Assembly: GCA_037481815.1 (NCBI GenBank) | Contig: JBBFKX010000002.1 | Span: 128,001-192,000 of the forward strand | Reading direction: 5' to 3' | Length of the DNA stretch: 64,000 nucleotides | Source: a candidate division WOR-3 bacterium | GTDB lineage: Bacteria > Hydrothermota > 32-111 | Shown here: in pieces, positions 46,704 to 56,706 of the stretch | Numbering within the stretch: the first letter of the stretch is position 1 | Layout: each line of letters opens with the position of its first letter | Notes under the pieces: model-generated | What the model saw: only the letters and a program-made list of their open reading frames with translations | Told to the model about the DNA's origin: nothing | Databases searched by the model: none | Position numbers and translations under genes: made by a program

Positions 46704-49412
46704 CTATTCAAAAATTGATATCCAGTTTCTTGCTGCTTCTATCGCTTTTGCGCTCTTCTGTGCAAATTCTGATTCAGGTGAATTCTTTACAACAAAATTC
46801 CACCTTTCCATAGCTTCCTTAATATATCCTTCCTTTGCTATTATCTTTGCAAAATTGAAATTCGCTTCAGGATTTGCGGGATCTATTTTTAGAGCGTTTT
46901 GATAAGCATCCTTTGCAACATCAAAATTTTCGATCTCCTGACAGACCGAACCTATTCTTAAAAATGCTCTGAGGTTGTTTGGATCAATCTGAACAATTCT
47001 TGTATAGATCTGAATAGATTTTTCAAAATCCTCGACTAATTCATAGATCGTTGCAAGTTCCCACAAATAACCAAGATTCTCTACATCTTTACTTATCAAC
47101 GATTCAAGAATTTTGATCGATTCATCGTACATTTTCATACTTCTTAAAACTATCGCTTTTTTGTAAAGGATATCTAGATTCTCTGGATCCTTATTCAGGA
47201 TTCTTTCGTATATTTCGAGTGCATCCCTATCTCTTCTCTGACTGACATATATTTCAGAGAGATTCGTTAGAGTTTCAATATTTTCAGGATCCTTTAAAAG
47301 TATCTCACCGATAATTTTTATCGCCTCTTCAAGGTTTCCATTTTTCCAGAGTAACATCGAATATAGATTCAAAACATCTATTTTATTTCTATCCTTTTCA
47401 ATTATCTTTGAAAGATATTCTATCGGTTCTGAATAGATCCCTTTGTTATAGAGTAGTTTGGAGAGTTTTAAAACCACTTTTTCGTTAAGAGGAGAGAGCG
47501 AAACTATTTTTCGATAATACTCTTCTGCTTCTCCATAGATCTGTTTTATATTGTAAACATCAGCGATTATTTCAAACATTTCCACATCGCACTCATCTTT
47601 TCTTACAACTTCAAAAGCACTCTGTGAAGCAAGATCATATTCACCCTTTTCAAAATATTCTTTTGCTTTTTTTCTCTTCTCCTCAAGTTGATCGACTTCC
47701 TTTAATTTAAGATCCTCTTTTTCAAAAGTATCCTCTGTTTCCTCTTCAAAAACACCTGTAAAAATATCTGAACTCTTCTCTTCTCCGATTGTGAAACCTT
47801 CTAGTTGTTCTGATGATGTAACCTGAACATCCTTTGACAGACTACCACTTATCAAAACATCCACTTTATCTGCGTAATAGTCAAGTCCAAGTTTATATCT
47901 TGTCTCAACATAATAGGGATTAAGTTTTAATGCTTCTTTCGTATATTTGAGTGCATCCTCATACCTTCCAACTTTTGTTAAGGTGAAAGCAAGGTTGTAG
48001 TATGCCTCAGCGAAATTTTCATCATACTGGATCGCTTTTTCAAAAACTTTTATCGCATCCTCAAATTTTCCTTCCTCTCTATAGATTATTCCAAGATAAT
48101 TGTATGTTAAAGGATAATCACCTTTTATCTCAAGAACTTTATCGATATATTTTTTCGCCTCTATAAAATTTTTATTTTCGATAAAGATTATCGATAGATT
48201 CAAAAGAGCATCAACATAATCATCCCTTATCTGTAAAGATTTGTTAAACATTTTTAATGCTTCATCCGTCTTATTTTTATGAAGCATTGCGATTCCAAGG
48301 TTATTGTATGCCATCACATATGATGGATCCATCTTTATAGATTTATTATAACAATCTATCGCATTTTCAAGTTCACCTTTTCTGTGAAAAGCGATACCCA
48401 TATCGTTGTACGCTTTTGCTGCAAACGATTCATCTTTAAGTGCAAGTTTGTATTCCTCTATCGCTTTATCGTTTTCTCCAAGAAGAAGATAGATCTCACC
48501 GATCTGAATGTGAATCAGCGCTCGATCCGGCTCAACAGATTCAGCCTTCTTAAACTCTTTTAGCGCTTCATTGAAAAGCCCTTTGTTCCGAAAACCAATT
48601 CCAAGTGTAAAGTATGTTAAAAAACTGTTCGGTTGAATCGAAACATTCGATTCTTCCTGAACAAAACTCTGATACATCCCCTGCTGATAAAAATCTATTC
48701 CAAGGTTTGCCTGTGTTTTTCCGTAAGCGGGATTCAACTTAATCGCTTTTTTTGTTTCCTTAATCGCGTCATCAAAAAGCCCTTTCTCTCCATAAACAAA
48801 GCCCAAAAGAAAATGTGCTTCAGCAAGGTTGGGATCGAGTTCAAGAGCTTTTTGGAATTCTTTTATAGCAGAATCAAGTATTCCCTTGTTATAGTAAACC
48901 TCACCAAGCATCGAGTGTATTTGAGCTGAATCGGGCTGTGTTTTTAAAGCTTTTCGATACTCTTCGATCGAATCATCATACATACCTAAAGATTTATATA
49001 TCTTCGCAAGGTTCAACCTCGCATCAACAAATGATGGGTTACTCTTTAAAATCTTCTTATACTCAGCGATAGCATCAAGCGATTTTCCCATGTTGTTCAA
49101 AGCTTCTGCAAGTTTAAACCTTGTGTTCAAATCTTCGGGATTCTTTTCAAGAACTTCTCTGTACTCTTTTATCTTTTCATCATACATCCCTGTTTCTTTG
49201 TAGATGAGTTCGAGATTCTTTTTCGCCAGGGTAAATTTCGGATCTATCGCAAGTGCTTTTTCAAGTTCTTCAATCGCTTCATCATAAAGACCTTTGTTGT
49301 AATACACAACAGCAAGATTGTTGTGTGCACCAGCATCCTTTGGATCTATCCTCTGGGCGAACGACTTTAAAACTCTCTTTTCTGCTTCAGATATTTGAAC
49401 CTGTTTTTTCAT
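46704..49412 (-). CDS. Large cytoplasmic TPR-repeat protein
   Basis: Many TPR units (AHNNLAVVYYNKG, AYNNLG...) split by an acidic linker; no signal peptide. Confidence 0.92.
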   Translation of the reverse strand: MKKQVQISEAEKRVLKSFAQRIDPKDAGAHNNLAVVYYNKGLYDEAIEELEKALAIDPKFTLAKKNLELIYKETGMYDEKIKEYREVLEKNPEDLNTRFKLAEALNNMGKSLDAIAEYKKILKSNPSFVDARLNLAKIYKSLGMYDDSIEEYRKALKTQPDSAQIHSMLGEVYYNKGILDSAIKEFQKALELDPNLAEAHFLLGFVYGEKGLFDDAIKETKKAIKLNPAYGKTQANLGIDFYQQGMYQSFVQEESNVSIQPNSFLTYFTLGIGFRNKGLFNEALKEFKKAESVEPDRALIHIQIGEIYLLLGENDKAIEEYKLALKDESFAAKAYNDMGIAFHRKGELENAIDCYNKSIKMDPSYVMAYNNLGIAMLHKNKTDEALKMFNKSLQIRDDYVDALLNLSIIFIENKNFIEAKKYIDKVLEIKGDYPLTYNYLGIIYREEGKFEDAIKVFEKAIQYDENFAEAYYNLAFTLTKVGRYEDALKYTKEALKLNPYYVETRYKLGLDYYADKVDVLISGSLSKDVQVTSSEQLEGFTIGEEKSSDIFTGVFEEETEDTFEKEDLKLKEVDQLEEKRKKAKEYFEKGEYDLASQSAFEVVRKDECDVEMFEIIADVYNIKQIYGEAEEYYRKIVSLSPLNEKVVLKLSKLLYNKGIYSEPIEYLSKIIEKDRNKIDVLNLYSMLLWKNGNLEEAIKIIGEILLKDPENIETLTNLSEIYVSQRRDRDALEIYERILNKDPENLDILYKKAIVLRSMKMYDESIKILESLISKDVENLGYLWELATIYELVEDFEKSIQIYTRIVQIDPNNLRAFLRIGSVCQEIENFDVAKDAYQNALKIDPANPEANFNFAKIIAKEGYIKEAMERWNFVVKNSPESEFAQKSAKAIEAARNWISIFE

Positions 49413-49417
49413 TCAAC

Positions 49418-50035
49418 CTACCTGTTTAAAAAATCGAGAAGTTTCTTTAAAGATATTGGATCAGGCAAAAGTATTAGATACCCTTTTAACGGATGTGGAT
49501 CATCCTCAAAAGTGAACTCTGTTTCAACACAGAAAACAACATCCTTGTTCGCACTGAAATCGATGTATGCTGAAGTTACTACAGCTGATCCTATATCAAT
49601 CACAAGATTTGGAACCGATGGTAAAATCAACATGTTCAAAAAATCACTCATCGCTGTAAGATATGAACTTATAACTATGTTTGCAACTTCTTTGATCGCT
49701 GATTGTTCTATCTCACTTAAAATCGTTGTCGTTCCAACAGGTTTTCCCATAACCATATCGACAAGAAGCATCGATTCATCTCTTGGAAATATCAAAAGTG
49801 TTCTACCTGTTAAATCTCCAAGAAATTTCACAAGAACACCTGTTACGATCTCGTCCTGGTTATTGATTATCCTGTATATCTCTTCTGAAGATATTATGTG
49901 AACTTTTGGAACCGAGACCATTACTCTTTTGTTCACAAGTTGTGAAAGAACGGTCGCAGCATGTCCTCCACCAATGTTGGAGATCTCTTTGATTCCATCC
50001 AGATGAAAATCTTTTAAGTTGTTAAAATCTATCAT
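49418..50035 (-). CDS. cheC: CheY-P phosphatase CheC
   Basis: KEISNIGGGHAATVLS and KEVANI (two ExxN sites); PSVP. Confidence 0.93.
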   Translation of the reverse strand: MIDFNNLKDFHLDGIKEISNIGGGHAATVLSQLVNKRVMVSVPKVHIISSEEIYRIINNQDEIVTGVLVKFLGDLTGRTLLIFPRDESMLLVDMVMGKPVGTTTILSEIEQSAIKEVANIVISSYLTAMSDFLNMLILPSVPNLVIDIGSAVVTSAYIDFSANKDVVFCVETEFTFEDDPHPLKGYLILLPDPISLKKLLDFLNR

Positions 50036-50038
50036 AAA

Positions 50039-51919
50039 TTACCCCTCTTTAGCCATCGAAACAACACCTGGAACATCAACTATGAAAGATGGCATTCCGT
50101 TGTTTAAAATTGACACACCTGCAAGCCCATGAATACCTGAAAGTATTCCCTTAAGTGGCTTGACAACTACCTCTGATTGTTCTAGGAAATTATCCACAAG
50201 TATCCCGTATAAAGAATCCTCCACTTCAACAAGAACTATGGAATATTTGTCCCTATCTTCAACTTTTTCACATTTAAAAATTTTTGATAACCTTATAAGC
50301 GGTATTATTTGATCTCTCAATACGAAGACCTCTTTTTGCATAACCGTAAATATTTCGTTTTTGTTTATGTCTATCGTCTCCACGATGTGAGTTAAAGGTA
50401 TTATATAAACTTCACCACTCACCTCGACTATCAAAGTTTTTATTATGGCGAGTGTCAAAGGAAGTTTTAAAGTGAAAACTGTTCCTTTATCTTTCTGGGA
50501 CGAAATTTCAAGTGTTCCACCTATCTGTTTTAAAACATTGTAGACAGCACCAACACCCACACCTCTTCCTGAAATATCGTTAACCTCTTCTTTGGTGGAG
50601 AAACCTTCATTCATTATCAACGAATAGATATCGTTTTCATTTAGATGTTGTAATTTTTCTTCATCTATCAAATTTAATGACAATGCTTTTTCTATAATTT
50701 TATTTTTATCAAGTCCTTTACCATCATCTGAAACTGTTATCAAAACTCCATTTTTAACCCTTTTCGCTTCAAGTATTATCGTTCCGGTTTCATCTTTTTT
50801 ATTTTTTATCCTTTCCTGTTGAGTTTCTATTCCATGATCCACAGCATTCTTCAGAAGATGAAGCAATGGATCCGCAAGGGAATTCAGAATCGCTCTATCA
50901 AGTTCAATATCTCTTCCCTTTATTATAAAATTTACTTTCTTTTTCAACCTGTTTGAAAGATCCCTGATATACCTTGGATACCTATCAAAAACCTGTCCAA
51001 CTGGAACCATCCTTATCTTCATTATTTCATCCTGAATATTTGAGATTATCTTTGAAGTTGAGTTCAGAGAATTTATCAATTCTTCATTCTGTAAAGAGTA
51101 TGCTATCTGTTGCAACCTCCCTCTGGCTATAACAAGTTCTGAAGCATAGTTCTGGAGATTGTCAAGGCGTTCGAGTGAAACCTTTATATCCTTTTTTTCT
51201 ACAACGATTTCCTGATCACTTTTTGCTTCTTCTTTCACAAGGAAAGCATCTTTTATTTCAGGTATACCTTTAATCTCATCTATAACCTTTTCAATTTCAG
51301 TTGTATCTTTTATGTAAAGGGTGATCTCATCTTTAAAATTTTCCTTCATTATCGAATCAAAGTCCGGATCACTTTTTATGAAAATATTTCTATCCTGAAG
51401 ATTTTTAATAACGACGAAAGCTCTCGCTGATTTTAAAACAACATCTTCAGAAAAAATTATTTTTATCGCTTTTTCTGATGATAGAGAAACTTTCTCTATA
51501 GGGATCTTTTTTGTTTTTACTTCCTCTATCTTTTTCGTTTCCTTAACGATCTCAGAACCTGTTTTTATAGATTCAATCACCTTTAAAAAACTTTTTATAA
51601 TATTTTCATCTACATCTTTTTTATGGACAAGGGATTGTATATAATCTGTCCCCTTTAAGAGTAGGTCTATAAGTTCAGTGCTTACCTGTAATTTTTCATT
51701 TCGTATAAGATCCATAACATCTTCTATCGAATGGGAAATTTTTGTAATCGAAGAATAGCCCATTGAAGCTGCCATACCCTTTATCGTATGCATACCCCTA
51801 AAAATCGAGTTTATTGCCTCTATATCGTTCATATCCTTTTCAAGTTTCAAAATGGAATCAGAAACCTGCTCAAGGTACTCTTCAGCTTCACTTATGAACA
51901 ATTCTTCATAATTTGTCAT
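50039..51919 (-). CDS. cheA: Chemotaxis histidine kinase CheA
   Basis: FRGMHTIKGMA (Hpt), P2 domain, HLLKNAVDHG, SDDGKG, GFST, SGRGVG, C-terminal CheW-like P5. Confidence 0.97.
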   Translation of the reverse strand: MTNYEELFISEAEEYLEQVSDSILKLEKDMNDIEAINSIFRGMHTIKGMAASMGYSSITKISHSIEDVMDLIRNEKLQVSTELIDLLLKGTDYIQSLVHKKDVDENIIKSFLKVIESIKTGSEIVKETKKIEEVKTKKIPIEKVSLSSEKAIKIIFSEDVVLKSARAFVVIKNLQDRNIFIKSDPDFDSIMKENFKDEITLYIKDTTEIEKVIDEIKGIPEIKDAFLVKEEAKSDQEIVVEKKDIKVSLERLDNLQNYASELVIARGRLQQIAYSLQNEELINSLNSTSKIISNIQDEIMKIRMVPVGQVFDRYPRYIRDLSNRLKKKVNFIIKGRDIELDRAILNSLADPLLHLLKNAVDHGIETQQERIKNKKDETGTIILEAKRVKNGVLITVSDDGKGLDKNKIIEKALSLNLIDEEKLQHLNENDIYSLIMNEGFSTKEEVNDISGRGVGVGAVYNVLKQIGGTLEISSQKDKGTVFTLKLPLTLAIIKTLIVEVSGEVYIIPLTHIVETIDINKNEIFTVMQKEVFVLRDQIIPLIRLSKIFKCEKVEDRDKYSIVLVEVEDSLYGILVDNFLEQSEVVVKPLKGILSGIHGLAGVSILNNGMPSFIVDVPGVVSMAKEG

Positions 51920-51922
51920 ACA

Positions 51923-52291
51923 CTATTTCAAATTTAAAACTCTGTTGACAGATTCAAGAACCCTTGATGGTTGAAAAGGTTTAACGACAAAATCTTTGGC
52001 TCCCGCCTGAATCGCCTCTACTACAAGCGATTGTTGTCCCATGGCGGAAACCATCAATATCTTTGCGTTTGGAAACTCTTTTATAATTTCCCTGACAGCA
52101 TCTATACCTGACATATCAGGCATTATGATATCCATAGTTACAAGATCCGGCTGCAATTCTCTGTACATCTGCACAGCCTGAGATCCTGTCCCCGCCTCCC
52201 CACAAATTTCAAAACCTTCTTTTTTCAGAATATCTGCGATCATTCTTCTCATAAAAATTGCGTCATCAACTATAAGCACCCTTGTAGCCAT
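51923..52291 (-). CDS. cheY: CheY response regulator
   Basis: VDDAIFMR, TMDIIMP, SAMGQ, VKPF. Confidence 0.96.
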   Translation of the reverse strand: MATRVLIVDDAIFMRRMIADILKKEGFEICGEAGTGSQAVQMYRELQPDLVTMDIIMPDMSGIDAVREIIKEFPNAKILMVSAMGQQSLVVEAIQAGAKDFVVKPFQPSRVLESVNRVLNLK

Positions 52292-52302
52292 ATTTTTTCC
52301 TC

Positions 52303-52701
52303 CTAATTTTTGTTGATAATATTTTTCAAATTTAATATTATAATCTCTTTACCATCTTTTTCAACAAAACCTTTTATATATTCACCTTCACTCTCTTCAT
52401 CTTTTACCTTTGAAACGTTTATTATGCCTTCTATTTCATCTATTAGAAGGCCATACTTTTCTTTGTTTTTTTCACAGATGATTATATAATTTTCCTCAAC
52501 CTTTTTCATCATTTTCAGTTTTTTCTTCAACGAGATCAAAACAACAACATCTCCCCTTAAGTTTATTACACTTTCGATATAATCTTCAGCGTTTGGAATT
52601 CTAATACCTTTTATTCTCTCATAAATATCTATTATCTCGGATATCTTTATCCCATATATTTTACCTTCGATCTTAAACGTTATATACTGTTCATTTTCCA
52701 T
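52303..52701 (-). CDS. cheW: CheW coupling protein
   Basis: IPNAEDYIESVINLRGDVV, GLLIDEIEG. Confidence 0.93.
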   Translation of the reverse strand: MENEQYITFKIEGKIYGIKISEIIDIYERIKGIRIPNAEDYIESVINLRGDVVVLISLKKKLKMMKKVEENYIIICEKNKEKYGLLIDEIEGIINVSKVKDEESEGEYIKGFVEKDGKEIIILNLKNIINKN

Positions 52702-52705
52702 TCTG

Positions 52706-55700
52706 TTAAATCTCCTTCCATGTGAATTCTATTGGAAGAACACTCAAAGGATGCGCATAGAAACCATGAACATCGTCATGTATCGCGATCTGCCGATAGT
52801 TGTGAGTTAAAAATACCCAGGGTGCATCATCGACAATTATTCTTTCAATATCCTGATACAATTTATTTCTTTCTTCAAAATTAGTTGTCATCCTTGCTTT
52901 TAAAATGAGATCGTCCACCTGTTTGTTCGAGTAAAAAGAGTTGTTTCCACCATCACCAAAACTTTCACTATGGAAAAGTGGATAAACGAAATTGTCAGGT
53001 TCACCTGTATCACCAGCCCAACCCATCATAAAAAGATCACATTTCCCGGAGTGCATCCTGTCAAGAAGTTCCACCCATTTCAAGGGAACTATTTTTATCC
53101 TGATACCTATTTCCTGCCACATACTCTGTAAGAGTTCCGCCCTCTTTATAACCCTTTCAGAATTTGAACATATCATTTCAAAACTGTGATTTATACCGTT
53201 AGGAAAACCGGCTTTTAACATCATCTCTTTTGCTTTTGATGGATTGTAAGGATAACCTTCAAGAGATTTGTTGTAACATGGAAGTGCTGGGGGAAATACA
53301 CCTTTTGAAATGATCCCGAGACCAAACATTGTTTCGTTGATGTACCTTGATTTATCGGTAGCATAGTTTATTGCTTTTCTTATCTCTTTTGTTAATGTGA
53401 TCTCATTTTTTCTTGACATGTTGAAACCAACATACTGAACATCAAGAGATGGTATCGTTAGAACTTTTATATCAACTCTGTTCTGTTTTTTTAATTTTTC
53501 AAGATCCTCAGCGTTTACAGAACAATAATCTATGTTTTTCGCCAGGAGTTCTTCAAACTCATCCTCTTCCCTTTTTATCTTTATTTCAACATTTTCAACA
53601 AAAGGTTCTCCTCCAAAATAATGTTTGTTGGATTCCATAAGAATCCTTTCATCATCAACATATTTTAAAATGAATGGTCCACAACCGATGCAGTTGTTTT
53701 TCATCTTTTCATCGGAAAATTTTACCATATCCTTTTTTATTACCGCAAGACATATCACAGCAAGATTTGATAGGAATGGAATATAAGGATATTCAAGAGT
53801 AAACTTTATCGTATGTTCATCGAGTATTTCAATTCCCTCAATATCACGGGCTCTTCTTTTTATGTAATTCTGGGCTCCCTTTATCATATTCACAAAAGGA
53901 GCGTTTGGAGTTAAAAGAACATTTTTTATGCTCTCTTTCACATCCTCTGCTGTTACAGGTGTTCCATCATGAAAGTAAGCGTTTTTTCTTAAAAAGAAAA
54001 CCCACTCCGTTGCATCAGAGTTGATATGCCAGTATTTTGCAAGTGCTGGGATAACACTTGTATCCTTTCCAAATCTCACAAGTCCAACATGGATCTGTTG
54101 TAAAACTGTATTACTCGTTGAATCACCAACGAGTGCTGGCTGCCAGTGAACGGGCAGGTTGTTCATTATGAATTTAAACCTATTCTTTTCAGGATCCCTT
54201 TTGATTATGAACTTCTCTGAAAATGTTTCCTGTATACCTGAAACCATCTTTAATGACTCTTCACTTTTCAAAATATCATTTTTAAAAATCCTGTTAAGTT
54301 CATCAGCCATCTGGTTTATTTTTTCAGATTTTGAAATTATGTTCATGTATAGTTTGACAATCTCATCCTTTAAAATTTCCTGCTGGGTTATGGTATCGTA
54401 AATCTCTTTCAAAAGATTTTTAAAATTCACTGCTGAGTCCTTTACATCCTTTACAACCTTGTTGCTCGTTTCTATTGAGAAAATAATCTTTTCCGCAGAA
54501 TCGAGTTCTTTATCAACAATGCTTAAAACATCGTGTAAAAGTTTTTCCATATTTTTTACTATATCTTTTATCTCAAGTGAGGCATCAGTTGCTTTTTTTA
54601 TGAGTTCTTTTGTCTGTGAAACTATAACAACAAGATTCTGTTGATATTTGCCTGATCTTGCTGCCTCGATCGAAGCATAGAGAGAAAGCAATTTTGTCTG
54701 TTCTGAAAGTTCTTTCAATTCTAAACTCGTTTCAAAAATTGATTTCAAATTTTTTGAAATTTCGTTGAAATCATCTTTAAGATTGACTATCATCTCAAGT
54801 GTTTTTTCGATATCATTTTTCACATTAACTACACTCGTTGAGAACTCGTTTACTGCACCAAGGAGAAGGTTAAGATTATCCTCTATCTCTCCAACATTTT
54901 TTAGCATCAACTGTTCACTTTCCTCTATTGATTCGATGGCACCGAAATAGTTTTTAACAACCTTTGATTGTTCATCGTTTCTTTCGATGAACTCGTTTAT
55001 AACTCCCATCGTTTGATCTATAATGTTTTTACTGTTTTCAAGGAAAAATTCTATCTTTTTGAAAATCTTTATCTCTGTTGCTATAGAATTATCTAATGAT
55101 TTCTTTTCATAAATAAGATCTGACAGAGGTTCAAGTTGTTGCATAAGATTCGATAGTCCAACCTTTACATCGGATTGTGTTTTAACCATTGTCATAAGTT
55201 TTTCGGTCGACTGTAAAGAAACATCAATTATATTTTGAACACTTTTGTTAAGGTCGTTGATCAGATTTTTATTTTTATCCTGTATGTTTATATATTCTTT
55301 CATCTTGTCCGACTTCAAAACAATATCAGAAAGGTTCATCTCAACATTTTTTAACCTGAAATTCAAAAGATCTATGTTTCTTTTTAATGCATCGATTCTG
55401 AACTTAATGTTATCGACAGATTCAATAACATTTTCTGTTTTCACTTTTATGTTCTGAATACTTTCAGGAATCCTTTTTGTTAGATTGAATGTTTTGTTCG
55501 CAAGAAGAAGCATCCTGTCAGCGATAACTTCAAAACCTCTTCCACTCTCTCCAGCATGATACGATTTTATCCCTGCGTTTCTTGCTGCCGATTCAGTCAT
55601 CTGTGCTATACCAATTATGATCTCGGTTATTTGACCTATGTGTTTTGAATACTCGTTAAATGGTTTTACAATATCGAGAATCTGGGATGAACCACTCGTA

Positions 55701-56044
55701 AAAATATTCAACTGGTTTATCACCTGATCAAACTCTTTGACACTATTTTTGATACTTTCCGTTGAGTTTTTTGAATAATCTATTAAAACATCCGCAGCTT
55801 CAGAAACTATCTGTATCGAAGCGTAAAGTTTGTTTCCTTTGTCTTCAATCTTTTCTATTTCATCAACCAATCCTTTTTCTTCAAATGAAATCGAAGAGAG
55901 TATAGAATGTGCGTTTCTGTTTATCTCAAGAAGTTCATCATCATCTATTTTTATAGTTTTCAAAGCATAGATCAGGGCTGTTGGATCAAATTCCTCTTCC
56001 TGTATTACTCCCTTTCTTTTAAAAAAATTGAAGAAAGACACCAT
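52706..56044 (-). CDS. Soluble chemoreceptor-like protein with two MCP signalling tips fused to a family-5 solute-binding domain
   Basis: Tip 1 AGESGRGFEVIAD; tip 2 SEQTKLLSLYASIEAARSG; C-terminal PALAKYW, FHDGTPVTAEDV, GCGPF, IRKAINYA, GWAGD; no TM or signal peptide. Confidence 0.88.
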   Translation of the reverse strand: MVSFFNFFKRKGVIQEEEFDPTALIYALKTIKIDDDELLEINRNAHSILSSISFEEKGLVDEIEKIEDKGNKLYASIQIVSEAADVLIDYSKNSTESIKNSVKEFDQVINQLNIFTSGSSQILDIVKPFNEYSKHIGQITEIIIGIAQMTESAARNAGIKSYHAGESGRGFEVIADRMLLLANKTFNLTKRIPESIQNIKVKTENVIESVDNIKFRIDALKRNIDLLNFRLKNVEMNLSDIVLKSDKMKEYINIQDKNKNLINDLNKSVQNIIDVSLQSTEKLMTMVKTQSDVKVGLSNLMQQLEPLSDLIYEKKSLDNSIATEIKIFKKIEFFLENSKNIIDQTMGVINEFIERNDEQSKVVKNYFGAIESIEESEQLMLKNVGEIEDNLNLLLGAVNEFSTSVVNVKNDIEKTLEMIVNLKDDFNEISKNLKSIFETSLELKELSEQTKLLSLYASIEAARSGKYQQNLVVIVSQTKELIKKATDASLEIKDIVKNMEKLLHDVLSIVDKELDSAEKIIFSIETSNKVVKDVKDSAVNFKNLLKEIYDTITQQEILKDEIVKLYMNIISKSEKINQMADELNRIFKNDILKSEESLKMVSGIQETFSEKFIIKRDPEKNRFKFIMNNLPVHWQPALVGDSTSNTVLQQIHVGLVRFGKDTSVIPALAKYWHINSDATEWVFFLRKNAYFHDGTPVTAEDVKESIKNVLLTPNAPFVNMIKGAQNYIKRRARDIEGIEILDEHTIKFTLEYPYIPFLSNLAVICLAVIKKDMVKFSDEKMKNNCIGCGPFILKYVDDERILMESNKHYFGGEPFVENVEIKIKREEDEFEELLAKNIDYCSVNAEDLEKLKKQNRVDIKVLTIPSLDVQYVGFNMSRKNEITLTKEIRKAINYATDKSRYINETMFGLGIISKGVFPPALPCYNKSLEGYPYNPSKAKEMMLKAGFPNGINHSFEMICSNSERVIKRAELLQSMWQEIGIRIKIVPLKWVELLDRMHSGKCDLFMMGWAGDTGEPDNFVYPLFHSESFGDGGNNSFYSNKQVDDLILKARMTTNFEERNKLYQDIERIIVDDAPWVFLTHNYRQIAIHDDVHGFYAHPLSVLPIEFTWKEI

Positions 56045-56066
56045 ATCAAATCCTTTTTAAAAATAA

Positions 56067-56095
56067 AATATAACATAATAATAAAAATAAATCAA
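56067..56095 (-). promoter_or_regulatory. Putative promoter of the che operon
   Basis: TTGATT-17 nt-TATATT with TGn extension. Confidence 0.45.
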
Positions 56096-56114
56096 TATGG
56101 TGGATTTTGAAAAA

Positions 56115-56705
56115 TCAATCTATATTCTGTCTTTTTTCAACAGAACATTGAAGTGTAAAATCATCTATATATTCAAAATCTGTTCCAAAAGGTATACCTC
56201 TCGCTATCGTTGTAATCTTATCAACTCTGTCCTTCAAAAGTTTTGTAAGATAAATGGTTGTCGTCTCTCCTTCGGTTGAGGGTGATAGAGCTATGATCAC
56301 CTCTTTTATCTTTCCATCTTCAATTCTTTTAACAAGTTTTTCAAAAGATAATTTTTCAGGTGTTATACCATCAAGTGGTGATATCAATCCACCGAGTATA
56401 TGGTAAAGTCCATTGTATCTTTTGGTTCTTTCAAAGATGAATAGATCACGAGGTTTTTCCAAAACCATCAAAATATTCTCATCCCTTTTGTTGTTCGAGC
56501 AGATACTACAGGGATCGGTTTCATCAACACTCCCACAGATTGAACATATTTTTATACTTTCAGAAAGTTCAAGTATCGATTCTGATAACTCTTTAGAAAA
56601 CTCTTTACCTTTTGAGATCAAAAAGAATATCAGCCTTTCAGCTGATTTTTCACCTATACCTGGAAGTTCTTTTAAATTCTTTTTCAACCGATCAAAACTT
56701 GTCAT
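56115..56705 (-). CDS. recR: Recombination protein RecR
   Basis: LPGIGEKSAER, C4 zinc finger, YHILGG.ISP, EGETT. Confidence 0.97.
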   Translation of the reverse strand: MTSFDRLKKNLKELPGIGEKSAERLIFFLISKGKEFSKELSESILELSESIKICSICGSVDETDPCSICSNNKRDENILMVLEKPRDLFIFERTKRYNGLYHILGGLISPLDGITPEKLSFEKLVKRIEDGKIKEVIIALSPSTEGETTTIYLTKLLKDRVDKITTIARGIPFGTDFEYIDDFTLQCSVEKRQNID

Positions 56706-56706
56706 A

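Noticed and set aside
46704..49412. Repeated DNA-like words suggesting a repeat array or CRISPR
   Set aside because: They are protein-level TPR repeats; there is no repeat-spacer structure and no cas genes.
52706..54185. Peptide ABC transporter
   Set aside because: No permease or ATPase genes and no export signal; the domain is in frame with the chemoreceptor.
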